From positions 33,003,967 to 33,067,966 of the forward strand of contig CM120640.1 in assembly GCA_051362555.1 (NCBI GenBank): DNA of 64,000 nt, in the 5' to 3' direction. The DNA comes from Lingula anatina (lineage: Eukaryota; Animalia; Brachiopoda). The notes below the pieces were generated by a model. That model ran no database searches, had not been told where the DNA came from, and saw only the letters and a list, made by a program, of their open reading frames with translations. Position 1 is the first letter of the stretch, and each line of letters begins with the position of its first letter. Below, piece after piece: positions 49,801 to 64,000 of this stretch. A program made the position numbers and the translations under genes.

Positions 49801-52800
49801 GGGGGGGGGGGGGGGGGGGGGGGGGCGGCACAGGGGACTGGGGGATGTAGGCAAATTGCAAAAAGATCTAATCTCATTCTTATTTCTTTTTACAGGACAT
49901 AGAAGATGACTAGTGCTTACCATCAAACATAGACTACTCTACGGATCAACAATTTATGGTTAGTAAATTTTATTTTTTTGGAGGGGATAGAAAAATTTTT
50001 ACAAAATCTAATGTAGTTTTATTTCTTTTTATGGGATATAGAATATGATAAGTAACATTACCTATACATTGACTTCACATGTCGATATAAGTTGAGGTTA
50101 ATAAACTCTTTTTTTTGTTGGGGGTTGGGGGGGTGAAGACGGGGGGGCGGTGGACGGGGGGGGGGGAGTAGGTAAATAGCAAAAAGATCTAATCTCTTTC
50201 TTATTTCTTTTTACAGGACATAGAAGATGACAAGTACCTACCATGGGACATAGACTATTCTTCGGATCAACAATTTAAGGTTAGTAAATTTTATATTTTG
50301 GAGAGGATAAAAAATTTTTTACAAAATCTGATTTAGTTTTATTTCATTTTACAGGACATAGAAGATGATGAGGAACTCTAGAAGATGACAAGTGTCTACC
50401 ACCGAACATAGACTACTCTTCAGATCAACAATTTAAGGTTAGAAAATTTTATTTTTTTGGAGTTGATAGAAAAATTGCAAAAATTCTAATCTAGTTTTAT
50501 TTCTTTTTACTGGACATAGATGATGATTAGCAACTCTACCTAGACATTGACTTCACACGTCTATATAAGTTAAGGTTAATAAACTTTTTTTTTGTTTGGG
50601 GGGGGGGGGGGGGGGGGGAGACATAGGTAAATTGCAAAAAGATCTAATCTCTTTCTTATTTCTTTTTACAGGACATGGAAGATGACAAGTGCCTACCATG
50701 GAACATAGACTACTCTTTGGATCAACAATTTATGGTTAGTAAATTTTATTTTTTTGGAGGGGATAAAAAAATTGAAAAAAATCTATTCTAGTTTAATTTT
50801 TTATAACTGGACAAAGAATATAATGAGTAACTCTACCCAGACATTGACTTCACAGGTCGATTTAAGTTAAAATTAATAAACTTTCATTTTATTTTGGGGG
50901 GGGGGGGGGGGGGGGTGAAGACGGGGGGCGGTGGATGGGGGGGGGATGTAGGTAAATAGCAAAAAGATCTAATCTCTTTCTTATTTCTTTTTACAGGACA
51001 TGGAAGATGACAAGTGCCTACCATGGAACATAGACTACTCTTTGGATCAACAATTTATGGTTAGTAAATTTTATTTTTTTGGAGGGGATAAAAAAATTGA
51101 AAAAAATCTATTCTAGTTTAATTTCTTATAACTGGACAAAGAATATAATGAGTAACTCTACCCAGACATTGACTTCACAGGTCGATATAAGTTAAAATTA
51201 ATAAACTTTCATTTTATTTTGGGGGGGGGGGGGTGAAGACGGGGGGCGGTGGATGGGGGGGGATGTAGGTAAATAGCAAAAAGATCTAATCTCTTTCTTA
51301 TTTCTTTTTACAGGACATGGAAGATGACAAGTGCCTACCATGGAACATAGACTACTCTTCGGATCAACAATTTATGGTTAGTAAATTTTAGTTTTTTGGA
51401 GTGGATAGAAAAATTGAAAAAAATCTATTCTAGTTTAATTTCTTATTACTGGACAAAGAATATAATGAGTAACTCTACCCAGACATTGACTTCACACGTC
51501 TATATAAGTTAAGATTAATAAACTTTATTAATTCTTTTGGGGGGGGGGGGGGGGGGAGGGCACAGGGGACTGGGGGATGTAGGTAAATTGCAAAAAGATC
51601 TAATCTCATTCTTATTTCTTTTTACAGGACATAGAAGATGACAAGTACCTACCATTGGACATAGACTATTCTTCGGATCAACAATTTAAGGTTAGTAAAT
51701 TTTATTTTTTGGAGGGGATAAAATTTTTTTTACAAAATCTGATCTAGTTTTATTTCTTTTTACAGGACATAGAAGATGATGAGCAACTCTAGAAGATGAC
51801 AAGTGTCTACCACCGAACATAGACTACTCTTCGGATCAACAATTTAAGGTTAGAACATTTTATTTTTTTTGGAGTTGATAGAAAAATTGCAAAAATTCTA
51901 ATCTAGTTTTATTTCTTTTTACTGGACATAGATGATGATTAGCAACTCTACCTAGACATTGACTTCACACGTCTATATAAGTTAAGGTTAATAAACTTTT
52001 TTTTTGTTTGGGGGGGGGGGGGGGAGACATAGGTAAATTGCAAAAAGATCTAATCTCTTTCTTATTTCTTTTTACAGGACATGGAAGATGACAAGTGCCT
52101 ACCATGGAACATAGACTACTCTTTGGATCAACAATTTATGGTTAGTAAATTTTATTTTTTTGGAGGGGATAAAAAAATTGAAAAAAATCTATTCTAGTTT
52201 TATGTCTTATTACTGGACAAAAATATAATGAGTAACTCTACCCAGACATTGACTTCACACGTCTATATAAGTTAAGATTAATAAACTTTATTAATTCTTT
52301 GGGGGGGGGGGGGCGGCACAGGGGACTGGGGGATGTAGGCAAATTGCAAAAAGACCTAATCTCATTCTTATTTCTTTTTACAGGACATGGAGATGACTAG
52401 TGCTTACCATCAAACATAGACTACTCTACGGATCAACAATTTATGGTTAGTAAATTTTATTTTTTTGGAGGGGATAGAAAAATTTTTACAAAATCTAATG
52501 TAGTTTTATTTCTTTTTATGGGATATAGAATATGATAAGTAACATTACCTATACATTGACTTCACATGTCGATATAAGTTGAGGTTAATAAACTCATTTT
52601 TTGTTGGGGGGGGGGGGGTGAAGACGGGGGGCGGTGGACGGGGGGGGGGGATGTAGTTAAATAGAAAAAGATCTAATCTCTTTCTTATTTCTTTTTACAG
52701 GACATAGAAGATGACAAGTACCTACCATTGGACATAGACTATTCTTCGGATCAACAATTTAAGGTTAGTAAATTTTATATTTTGGAGAGGATAAAAATTT

Positions 52801-55800
52801 TTTTACAAAATCTGATCTAGTTTTATTTCATTTTACAGGACATAGAAGATGATGAGGAACTCTAGAAGATGACAAGTGTCTTCCACCGAACATAGACTAC
52901 TCTTCGGATCAACAATTTAAGGTTAGAAAATTTTATTTTTTTGGAGTTGATAGAAAAATTGCAAAAATTCTAATCTAGTTTTATTTCTTTTTACTGGACA
53001 TAGATGATGATTAGCAACTCTACCTAGACATTAACTTCACACGTCTATATAAGTTAAATTTAATAAACTTTTTTTTTGTTTGGGGGGGGGGGAGACATAG
53101 GTAAATTGCAAAAAGATCTAATCTCTTTCTTATTTCTTTTTACAGGACATGGAAGATGACAAGTGCCTACCATGGAACATAGACTACTCTTCGGATCAAC
53201 AATTTATGGTTAGTAAATTTTATTTTTTTGGAGGGGATAAAAAAATTGAAAAAAATCTATTCTAGTTTTATTTCTTATAACTGGACAAAGAATATAATGA
53301 GTAACTCTACCCAGACATTGACTTCACACGTCTATATAAGTTAAGATTAATAAACTTTATTATTTCTTTTGGGGGGGGGGGGGGCGCAGGGGAATGGGGG
53401 ATGTAGGTAAATTGTAAAAAGATCTAATCTCATTCTTATTTCTTTTTACAGGACATGGAAGATGACAAGTGCCTACCATCAAACATAGACTACTTTTCGG
53501 ATCAACAATTTATGGTTAGTAAATTTCATTTTTTTGAAGGGGATAAAAAAATTGAAAAAAAAAATCTATTTTAGTTTTATTTCTTATTACTTGACAAAGA
53601 ATATCATGAGTAACTCTACCCAGACATTGACTTCACACGTCTATATAAGTTAAGGTTAATTAACTTTATTAATTCTTTGGGGGGGGGGGGGGGGCACAGG
53701 GGACTGGGGGATGTAGGTAAATTGCAAAAAGATCTAATCTCATTCTTATTTCTTTTTAAAGGACATGGAAGATGACAAGTGCCTACCATGGAACATAGAC
53801 TACTCTTCGGATCAACAATTTATGGTTAGTAAATTTTAGTTTTTTGGAGGGGATAAAAAAATTGAAAAAAATCTATTCTTGTTTTATTTCTTATTACTGG
53901 ACAAAGAATATAATGAAAAACTGTACCCAGACATTGACTTTACACGTCTATATAAGTTGAGATTAATAAACTTTATTAATTCTTTTGGGGGGGGGGGGGC
54001 GCAGGGGACTGGGCGATGTAGGTAAATTGCAAAAAGATCTAATATCATTCTTATTTCTTTTTACAGGACATGGAAGATGAGAAGTGCCTACCATAGAACA
54101 TAGAATATTCTTCATATCAACAATTTAAGGTTAGTAAATTTTATTTTTTTGGAGGGGATAAAAAAATAGAAAAAAATCTATTCTAGTTTAATTTCTTATA
54201 ACTGGACAAAGAATATAATGAGTAACTCTACCCAGACATTGACTTCACACGTCTATATAAGTTAAGATTAATAAACTTTATTAATTCTTTTTTTTTGGGG
54301 GGGGGGGGGCGCAGGGGAATTGGGGATGTAGGCAAATTGTTAAAAGATCTAATCTCATTCTTATTTCTTTTTACAGGACATGGAAGATGACTAGTGCTTA
54401 CCATCAAACATAGACTACTCTACGGATCAACAATTTATGGTTAGTAAATTTCATTTTTTTGGAGTGGATAGAAAAATTGAAAAAAAAAATCTATTCTAGT
54501 TTTTTTCTTATTACTGGACAAAAGAAAAATTATTAACTCTACCCAGACATTGACTGCACATGTCTATATAAGTTAAGGTTAATAAACTTTATTAATTCTT
54601 TTTGGGGGGGGGGGGCACAGGGGACTGGGGGATGTAGGTAAATTGCAAAAAGATCTAATCTCATTCTTATTTCTTTTTAAAGGACATGGAAGATGACAAG
54701 TGCCTACCATGGAACATAGACTACTCTTCGGATCAACAATTTATGGTTAGTAAATTTTAATTTTTTGGAGGGGATAAAAAAATTGAAAAAAATCTATTCT
54801 AGTTTTATTTCTTATTACTGGACAAAGAATATAATGAGAAACTGTACCCAGACATTGACTTTACACGTCTATATAAGTTGAGATTAATAAACTTTATTAA
54901 TTCTTTTGGGGGGGGGGGGGGGGGGGGCGCAGGGGACTGGGGGATGTAGGTAAATTGCAAAAAGATCTAATATCATTCTTATTTCTTTTTACAGGACATG
55001 GAAGATGAGAAGTGCCTACCATAGAACATAGAATATTCTTCAGATCAACAATTTAAGGTTAGTAAATTTTATTTTTTTGGAGGGGATAGAAAATTTTTTA
55101 CAAAATCTAATGTAGTTTTATTTCTTTTTATGGGACATAGAATATGATAAGTAACATTACCTAGACATTGACTTCACATGTCGTTATAAGTTGAGGTTAA
55201 TAAACTTTCTTTTTTTTGTTGGGGGGGGGGGGAGGACGGGGGGCGGTGGACTGGGGGGGGGGGGGGGAGTAGGTAAATAGCAAAAAGATCTAATCTCTTT
55301 CTTATTTCTTTTTACAGGACATAGAAGATGACAAGTACCTACCATGGGACATAGACTATTCTTCGGATCAACAATTTAAGGTTAGTAAATTTTATATTTT
55401 GGAGAGGATAAAAAATTTTTTACAAAATCTGATTTAGTTTTATTTCATTTTACAGGACATAGAAGATGATGAGGAACTCTAGAAGATGACAAGTGTCTAC
55501 CACCGAACATAGACTACTCTTCAGATCAACAATTTAAGGTTAGAAAATTTTATTTTTTTGGAGTTGATAGAAAAATTGCAAAAATTCTAATCTAGTTTTA
55601 TTTCTTTTTACTGGACATAGATGATGATTAGCAACTCTACCTAGACATTGACTTCACACGTCTATATAAGTTAAGGTTAATAAACTTTTTTTTTGTTTGG
55701 GGGGGGGGGGGAGACATAGGTAAATTGCAAAAAGATCTAATCTCTTTCTTATTTCTTTTTACAGGACATGGAAGATGACAAGTGCCTACCATGGAACATA

Positions 55801-58800
55801 GACTACTCTTCGGATCAACAATTTATGGTTAGTAAATTTTATTTTTTTGGAGGGGATAGAAAAATTGAAAAAATCTATTCTAGTTTAATTTCTTATAACT
55901 GGACAAAGAATATAATGAGTAACTCTACCCAGACATTGACTTCACACGTCTATATAAGTTAAGATTAATAAACTTGATTAATTCTTTGGGGGGGGGGGGG
56001 GGGGGGCGGCACAGGGGACTGGGGGATGTAGGCAAATTGCAAAAAGATCTAATCTCATTCTTATTTCTTTTTACAGGACATGGAAGATGACTAGTGCTTA
56101 CCATCAAACATAGACTACTCTACGGATCAACAATTTATGGTTAGTAAATTTTATTTTTTTGGAGGGGATAGAAAAATTTTTACAAAATCTAATGTAGTTT
56201 TATTTCTTTTTATGGGATATAGAATATGATAAGTAACATTACCTATACATTGACTTCACATGTCGATATAAGTTGAGGTTAATAAACTCTTTTTTTTGTT
56301 GGGGGTTGGGGGGGGGTGAAGACGGGGGGCGGTGGAGGGGGGGGGGGGAGTAGGTAAATAGCAAAAAGATCTAATCTCTTTCTTATTTCTTTTTACAGGA
56401 CATAGAAGATGACAAGTACCTACCATGGGACATAGACTATTCTTCGGATCAACAATTTAAGGTTAGTAAATTTTATATTTTGGAGAGGATAAAAAATTTT
56501 TTACAAAATCTGATTTAGTTTTATTTCATTTTACAGGACATAGAAGATGATGAGGAACTCTAGAAGATGACAAGTGTCTACCACCGAACATAGACTACTC
56601 TTCAGATCAACAATTTAAGGTTAGAAAATTTTATTTTTTTGGAGTTGATAGAAAAATTGTAAAAATTCTTATCTAGTTTTATTTCTTTTTACTGTACATA
56701 GATGATGATTAGCAACTCTACCTAGACATTGACTTCACACGTCTATATAAGTTAAGGTTAATAAACTTTTTTTTTGTTTGGGGGGGGGGGGGGGGGGGAG
56801 ACATAGGTAAATTGCAAAAAGATCTAATCTCTTTCTTATTTCTTTTTACAGGACATGGAAGATGACAAGTGCCTACCATGGAACATAGACTACTCTTCGG
56901 ATCAACAATTAATGGTTAGTAAATTTTATTTTTTTGGAGGGGATAAAAAAATTGAAAAAAATCTATTCTAGTTTTATTTCTTATAACTGGACAAAGAATA
57001 TAATGAGTAACTCTACCCAGACATTGACTTCACACGTCTATATAAGTTAAGATTAATAAACTTTATTAATTCTTTTTTTTTTTTTTGGGGGGGGGGGGCG
57101 CAGGGGAATGGGGGATGTAGGCAAATTGTTAAAAGATCTAATCTCATTCTTATTTCTTTTTACAGGACATGGAAGATGACTAGTGCTTACCATCAAACAT
57201 AGACTACTCTACGGATCAACAATTTATGGTTAGTAAATTTCATTTTTTTGGAGTGGATAGAAAAATTGAAAAAAATCTATTCTAGTTTTATTTCTTATTA
57301 CTGGACAAAAGAAAAATTATTAACTCTACCCAGACATTGACTGCACATGTCTATATAAGTTAAGGTTAATAAACTTTATTAATTCTTTTTTTTTGGGGGG
57401 GGGGGGGGCACAGGGGACTGGGGGATGTAGGTAAATTGCAAAAAGATCTAATCTCATTCTTATTTCTTTTCACAGGACATGGAAGATGACAAGTGCCTAC
57501 AATGGAACATAGACTACTCTTTGGATCAACAATTTATGGTTAGTAAATTTTATTTTTTTGGAGGGGATAAAAAAATTGAAAAAAATCTATTCTAGTTTTA
57601 TTTCTTATTACTGGACAAAAATATAATGAGTGACTCTACCCAGACATTGACTTCACACGTCTATATAAGTTAAGATTAATAAACTTTATTAATTCTTTGG
57701 GGGGGGGGGGGGGGGGGGGGGCGGCACAGGGGACTGGGGGATGTAGGCAAATTGCAAAAAGATCTAATCTCATTCTTATTTCTTTTTACAGGACATGGAA
57801 GATGACTAGTGCTTACCATCAAACATAGACTACTCTACGGATCAACAATTTATGGTTAGTAAATTTTATTTTTTTGGAGGGGATAGAAAAATTTTTACAA
57901 AATCTAATGTAGTTTTATTTCTTTTTATGGGACATAGAATATGATAAGTAACATTACCTATACATTGACTTCACAGGTCGATATAAGTTAAGATTAATAA
58001 ACTTTCATTTTATTTTTTTTTGGGGGGGGGGGGGGTGTGGACGGGGGGCGGTGGACGGGGGGGGGGGGGATGTAGGTAAATAGAAAAAGATCTAATCTCT
58101 TTCTTATTTCTTTTTACAGGACATAGAAGATGACAAGTACCTACCATTGGACATAGACTATTCTTCGGATCAACAATTGAAGGTTAGTAAATTTTATATT
58201 TTGGAGAGGATAAAAATTTTTTTACAAAATGTGATCTAGTTTTATTTCATTTTACAGGACATAGAAGATGATGAGGAACTCTAGAAGATGACAAGTGTCT
58301 ACCACCGAACATAGACTACTCTTCGGATCAACAATTTAAGGTTAGAAAATTTTATTTTTTTGGAGTTGATAGAAAAATTGCAAAAATTCTAATCTAGTTT
58401 TATTTCTTTTTACTGGACATAGATGATGATTAGCAACTCTACCTAGACATTAACTTCAGACGTCTATATAAGTTAAATTTAATAAACTTTTTTTTTGTTT
58501 GGGGGGGGGGGGAGACATAGGTAAATTGCAAAAAGATCTAATCTCTTTCTTATTTCTTTTTACAGGACATGGAAGATGACAAGTGCCTACCATGGAACAT
58601 AGACTACTCTTTGGATCAACAATTTATGGTTAGTAAATTTTATTTTTTTGGAGGGGATAAAAAAATTGAAAAAAATCTATTTTAGTTTTATTTCTTATTA
58701 CTGGACAAAAATATAATGAGTAACTCTACCCAGACATTGACTTCACACGTCTATATAAGTTAAGATTAATAAACTTTATTAATTCTTTGGGGGGGGGGGG

Positions 58801-61800
58801 GGGGCGGCACAGGGGACTGGGGGATGTAGGCAAATTGCAAAAAGATCTAATCTCATTCTTATTTCTTTTTACAGGACATGGAAGATGACTAGTGCTTACC
58901 ATCAAACATAGACTACTCTACGGATCAACAATTTATGGTTAGTAAATTTTATTTTTTTGGAGGGGATAGAAAAATTTTTACAAAATCTAATGTAGTTTTA
59001 TTTCTTTTTATGGGATATAGAATATGATAAGTAACATTACCTATACATTGACTTCACATGTCGATATAAGTTGAGGTTAATAAACTCTTTTTTTTGTTGG
59101 GGGTTGGGGGGGTGAAGACGGGGGGGTGGTGGACGGGGGGGGGGGGAGTAGGTAAATAGCAAAAAGATCTAATCTCTTTCTTATTTCTTTTTACAGGACA
59201 TAGAAGATGACAAGTACCTACCATGGGACATAGACTATTCTTCGGATCAACAATTTAAGGTTAGTAAATTTTATATTTTGGAGAGGATAAAAAATTTTTT
59301 ACAAAATCTGATTTAGTTTTATTTCATTTTACAGGACATAGAAGATGATGAGGAACTCTAGAAGATGACAAGTGTCTACCACCGAACATAGACTACTCTT
59401 CAGATCAACAATTTAAGGTTAGAAAATTTTATTTTTTTGGAGTTGATAGAAAAATTGCAAAAATTCTAATCTAGTTTTATTTCTTTTTACTGGACATAGA
59501 TGATGATTAGCAACTCTACCTAGACATTAACTTCACACGTCTATATAAGTTAAATTTAATAAACTTTTTTTTTGTTTGGGGGGGGGGGAGACATAGGTAA
59601 ATTGCAAAAAGATCTAATCTCTTTCTTATTTCTTTTTACAGGACATGGAAGATGACAAGTGCCTACCATGGAACATAGACTACTCTTCGGATCAACAATT
59701 TATGGTTAGTAAATTTTATTTTTTTGGAGGGGATAAAAAAATTGAAAAAAATCTATTCTAGTTTTATTTCTTATAACTGGACAAAGAATATAATGAGTAA
59801 CTCTACCCAGACATTGACTTCACACGTCTATATAAGTTAAGATTAATAAACTTTATTATTTCTTTTGGGGGGGGGGGGGGCGCAGGGGAATGGGGGATGT
59901 AGGTAAATTGTAAAAAGATCTAATCTCATTCTTATTTCTTTTTACAGGACATGGAAGATGACAAGTGCCTACCATCAAACATAGACTACTTTTCGGATCA
60001 ACAATTTATGGTTAGTAAATTTCATTTTTTTGAAGGGGATAAAAAAATTGAAAAAAAAAATCTATTTTAGTTTTATTTCTTATTACTTGACAAAGAATAT
60101 CATGAGTAACTCTACCCAGACATTGACTTCACACGTCTATATAAGTTAAGGTTAATTAACTTTATTAATTCTTTGGGGGGGGGGGCACAGGGGACTGGGG
60201 GATGTAGGTAAATTGCAAAAAGATCTAATCTCATTCTTATTTCTTTTTAAAGGACATGGAAGATGACAAGTGCCTACCATGGAACATAGACTACTCTTCG
60301 GATCAACAATTTATGGTTAGTAAATTTTAGTTTTTTGGAGGGGATAAAAAAATTGAAAAAAATCTATTCTTGTTTTATTTCTTATTACTGGACAAAGAAT
60401 ATAATGAAAAACTGTACCCAGACATTGACTTTACACGTCTATATAAGTTGAGATTAATAAACTTTATTAATTCTTTTGGGGGGGGGGCGCAGGGGACTGG
60501 GCGATGTAGGTAAATTGCAAAAAGATCTAATATCATTCTTATTTCTTTTTACAGGACATGGAAGATGAGAAGTGCCTACCATAGAACATAGAATATTCTT
60601 CATATCAACAATTTAAGGTTAGTAAATTTTATTTTTTTGGAGGGGATAAAAAAATAGAAAAAAATCTATTCTAGTTTAATTTCTTATAACTGGACAAAGA
60701 ATATAATGAGTAACTCTACCCAGACATTGACTTCACACGTCTATATAAGTTAAGATTAATAAACTTTATTAATTCTTTTTTTTTGGGGGGGGGGGCGCAG
60801 GGGAATTGGGGATGTAGGCAAATTGTTAAAAGATCTAATCTCATTCTTATTTCTTTTTACAGGACATGGAAGATGACTAGTGCTTACCATCAAACATAGA
60901 CTACTCTACGGATCAACAATTTATGGTTAGTAAATTTCATTTTTTTGGAGTGGATAGAAAAATTGAAAAAAAAAATCTATTCTAGTTTTATTTCTTATTA
61001 CTGGACAAAAGAAAAATTATTAACTCTACCCAGACATTGACTGCACATGTCTATATAAGTTAAGGTTAATAAACTTTATTAATTCTTTTTGGGGGGGGGG
61101 GCACAGGGGACTGGGGGATGTAGGTAAATTGCAAAAAGATCTAATCTCATTCTTATTTCTTTTTAAAGGACATGGAAGATGACAAGTGCCTACCATGGAA
61201 CATAGACTACTCTTCGGATCAACAATTTATGGTTAGTAAATTTTAATTTTTTGGAGGGGATAAAAAAATTCAAAAAAATCTATTCTAGTTTTATTTCTTA
61301 TTACTGGACAAAGAATATAATGAGAAACTGTACCCAGACATTGACTTTACACGTCTATATAAGTTGAGATTAATAAACTTTATTAATTCTTTTGGGGGGG
61401 GGGGGGGGGGGGGCGCAGGGGACTGGGGGATGTAGGTAAATTGCAAAAAGATCTAATATCATTCTTATTTCTTTTTACAGGACATGGAAGATGAGAAGTG
61501 CCTACCATAGAACATAGAATATTCTTCAGATCAACAATTTAAGGTTAGTAAATTTTATTTTTTTGGAGGGGATAGAAAATTTTTTACAAAATCTAATGTA
61601 GTTTTATTTCTTTTTATGGGACATAGAATATGATAAGTAACATTACCTAGACATTGACTTCACATGTCGTTATAAGTTGAGGTTAATAAACTTTCTTTTT
61701 TTTGTTGGGGGGGGGGGGGGAGGACGGGGGGCGGTGGACTGGGGGGGGGGGGGGGGGAGTAGGTAAATAGCAAAAAGATCTAATCTCTTTCTTATTTCTT

Positions 61801-64000
61801 TTTACAGGACATAGAAGATGACAAGTACCTACCATGGGACATAGACTATTCTTCGGATCAACAATTTAAGGTTAGTAAATTTTATATTTTGGAGAGGATA
61901 AAAAATTTTTTACAAAATCTGATTTAGTTTTATTTCATTTTACAGGACATAGAAGATGATGAGGAACTCTAGAAGATGACAAGTGTCTACCACCGAACAT
62001 AGACTACTCTTCAGATCAACAATTTAAGGTTAGAAAATTTTATTTTTTTGGAGTTGATAGAAAAATTGCAAAAATTCTAATCTAGTTTTATTTCTTTTTA
62101 CTGGACATAGATGATGATTAGCAACTCTACCTAGACATTGACTTCACACGTCTATATAAGTTAAGGTTAATAAACTTTTTTTTTGTTTGGGGGGGGGGGG
62201 GGAGACATAGGTAAATTGCAAAAAGATCTAATCTCTTTCTTATTTCTTTTTACAGGACATGGAAGATGACAAGTGCCTACCATGGAACATAGACTACTCT
62301 TCGGATCAACAATTTATGGTTAGTAAATTTTATTTTTTTGGAGGGGATAGAAAAATTGAAAAAATCTATTCTAGTTTAATTTCTTATAACTGGACAAAGA
62401 ATATAATGAGTAACTCTACCCAGACATTGACTTCACACGTCTATATAAGTTAAGATTAATAAACTTGATTAATTCTTTGGGGGGGGGGGGGGGCGGCACA
62501 GGGGACTGGGGGATGTAGGCAAATTGCAAAAAGATCTAATCTCATTCTTATTTCTTTTTACAGGACATGGAAGATGACTAGTGCTTACCATCAAACATAG
62601 ACTACTCTACGGATCAACAATTTATGGTTAGTAAATTTTATTTTTTTGGAGGGGATAGAAAAATTTTTACAAAATCTAATGTAGTTTTATTTCTTTTTAT
62701 GGGATATAGAATATGATAAGTAACATTACCTATACATTGACTTCACATGTCGATATAAGTTGAGGTTAATAAACTCTTTTTTTTGTTGGGGGTTGGGGGG
62801 GTGAAGACGGGGGGCGGTGGACGGGGGGGGGGGAGTAGGTAAATAGCAAAAAGATCTAATCTCTTTCTTATTTCTTTTTACAGGACATAGAAGATGACAA
62901 GTACCTACCATGGGACATAGACTATTCTTCGGATCAACAATTTAAGGTTAGTAAATTTTATATTTTGGAGAGGATAAAAAATTTTTTACAAAATCTGATT
63001 TAGTTTTATTTCATTTTACAGGACATAGAAGATGATGAGGAACTCTAGAAGATGACAAGTGTCTACCACCGAACATAGACTACTCTTCAGATCAACAATT
63101 TAAGGTTAGAAAATTTTATTTTTTTGGAGTTGATAGAAAAATTGTAAAAATTCTTATCTAGTTTTATTTCTTTTTACTGTACATAGATGATGATTAGCAA
63201 CTCTACCTAGACATTGACTTCACACGTCTATATAAGTTAAGGTTAATAAACTTTTTTTTTGTTTGGGGGGGGGGGGGGGGAGACATAGGTAAATTGCAAA
63301 AAGATCTAATCTCTTTCTTATTTCTTTTTACAGGACATGGAAGATGACAAGTGCCTACCATGGAACATAGACTACTCTTCGGATCAACAATTAATGGTTA
63401 GTAAATTTTATTTTTTTGGAGGGGATAAAAAAATTGAAAAAAATCTATTCTAGTTTAATTTCTTATAACTGGACAAAGAATATAATGAGTAACTCTACCC
63501 AGACATTGACTTCACACGTCTATATAAGTTAAGATTAATAAACTTTATTAATTCTTTTTTTTTTTTTTTTGGGGGGGGGCGCAGGGGAATGGGGGATGTA
63601 GGCAAATTGTTAAAAGATCTAATCTCATTCTTATTTCTTTTTACAGGACATGGAAGATGACTAGTGCTTACCATCAAACATAGACTACTCTACGGATCAA
63701 CAATTTATGGTTAGTAAATTTCATTTTTTTGGAGTGGATAGAAAAATTGAAAAAAATCTATTCTAGTTTTATTTCTTATTACTGGACAAAAGAAAAATTA
63801 TTAACTCTACCCAGACATTGACTGCACATGTCTATATAAGTTAAGGTTAATAAACTTTATTAATTCTTTTTTTTTTGGGGGGGGGGGGGGGGGCACAGGG
63901 GACTGGGGGATGTAGGTAAATTGCAAAAAGATCTAATCTCATTCTTATTTCTTTTCACAGGACATGGAAGATGACAAGTGCCTACAATGGAACATAGACT
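43815..64000 (+). repeat. Large complex tandem array (satellite) of exon-like cassettes with higher-order structure; continues past the window end
   Basis: Roughly 70 (estimated) copies of CTAAT..ttatttctttttacag|GACATRGAAGATGAC..GATCAACAATTTAWG|gttag, interleaved with a related degenerate subunit and poly-G tracts. Periods of about 0.14-0.16, 0.31, 1.08 and 6.49 kb. Confidence 0.97.

Noticed and set aside
44778-63677. Unspliced ORFs in the array (MEDDKCLP..., poly-Pro minus-strand ORFs)
   Set aside because: They read through donor sites and homopolymer tracts of variable length, so they are by-products of the repeat.
43815-64000. CRISPR-like repeat/spacer reading of the array
   Set aside because: The spacers are themselves repeated rather than unique, the units are far too long, the context is eukaryotic and there are no cas genes.

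Overview
AT-rich, intron-rich animal genomic DNA, probably a mollusc or other lophotrochozoan, judged from a molluscan-type GH45 cellulase and the repeat types. All gene models were built by hand from splice sites and reading-frame phase. Left to right: (1) the 5' part of a minus-strand gene for a predicted myristoylated DUF4062 + NACHT-type (STAND) NTPase that runs off the window start; (2) a minus-strand 5-exon gene whose phases join a Tpt1/KptA (tRNA 2'-phosphotransferase) N-terminal lobe to a BC-box-like segment and AMN1-like LRRs, with a TTAA-flanked Kolobok-like element filling its third intron; (3) a complete 30-exon HIP1/Sla2 gene (999 aa) with a U12-type intron and a candidate alternative first exon; (4) a 3-exon secreted GH45 endoglucanase; (5) a 5'-truncated Penelope-like retroelement with a minimal hammerhead ribozyme; (6) from about 43.8 kb to the window end, a >20 kb higher-order tandem array. 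The main monomer of that array is a complete splice cassette: branch point, polypyrimidine tract, CAG, 63-nt phase-0 exon, GTTAGT. It lies downstream of a CpG-rich promoter-like leader. The exon-cassette array and the Tpt1-lobe/LRR fusion are the most unusual items. No database searches were run.
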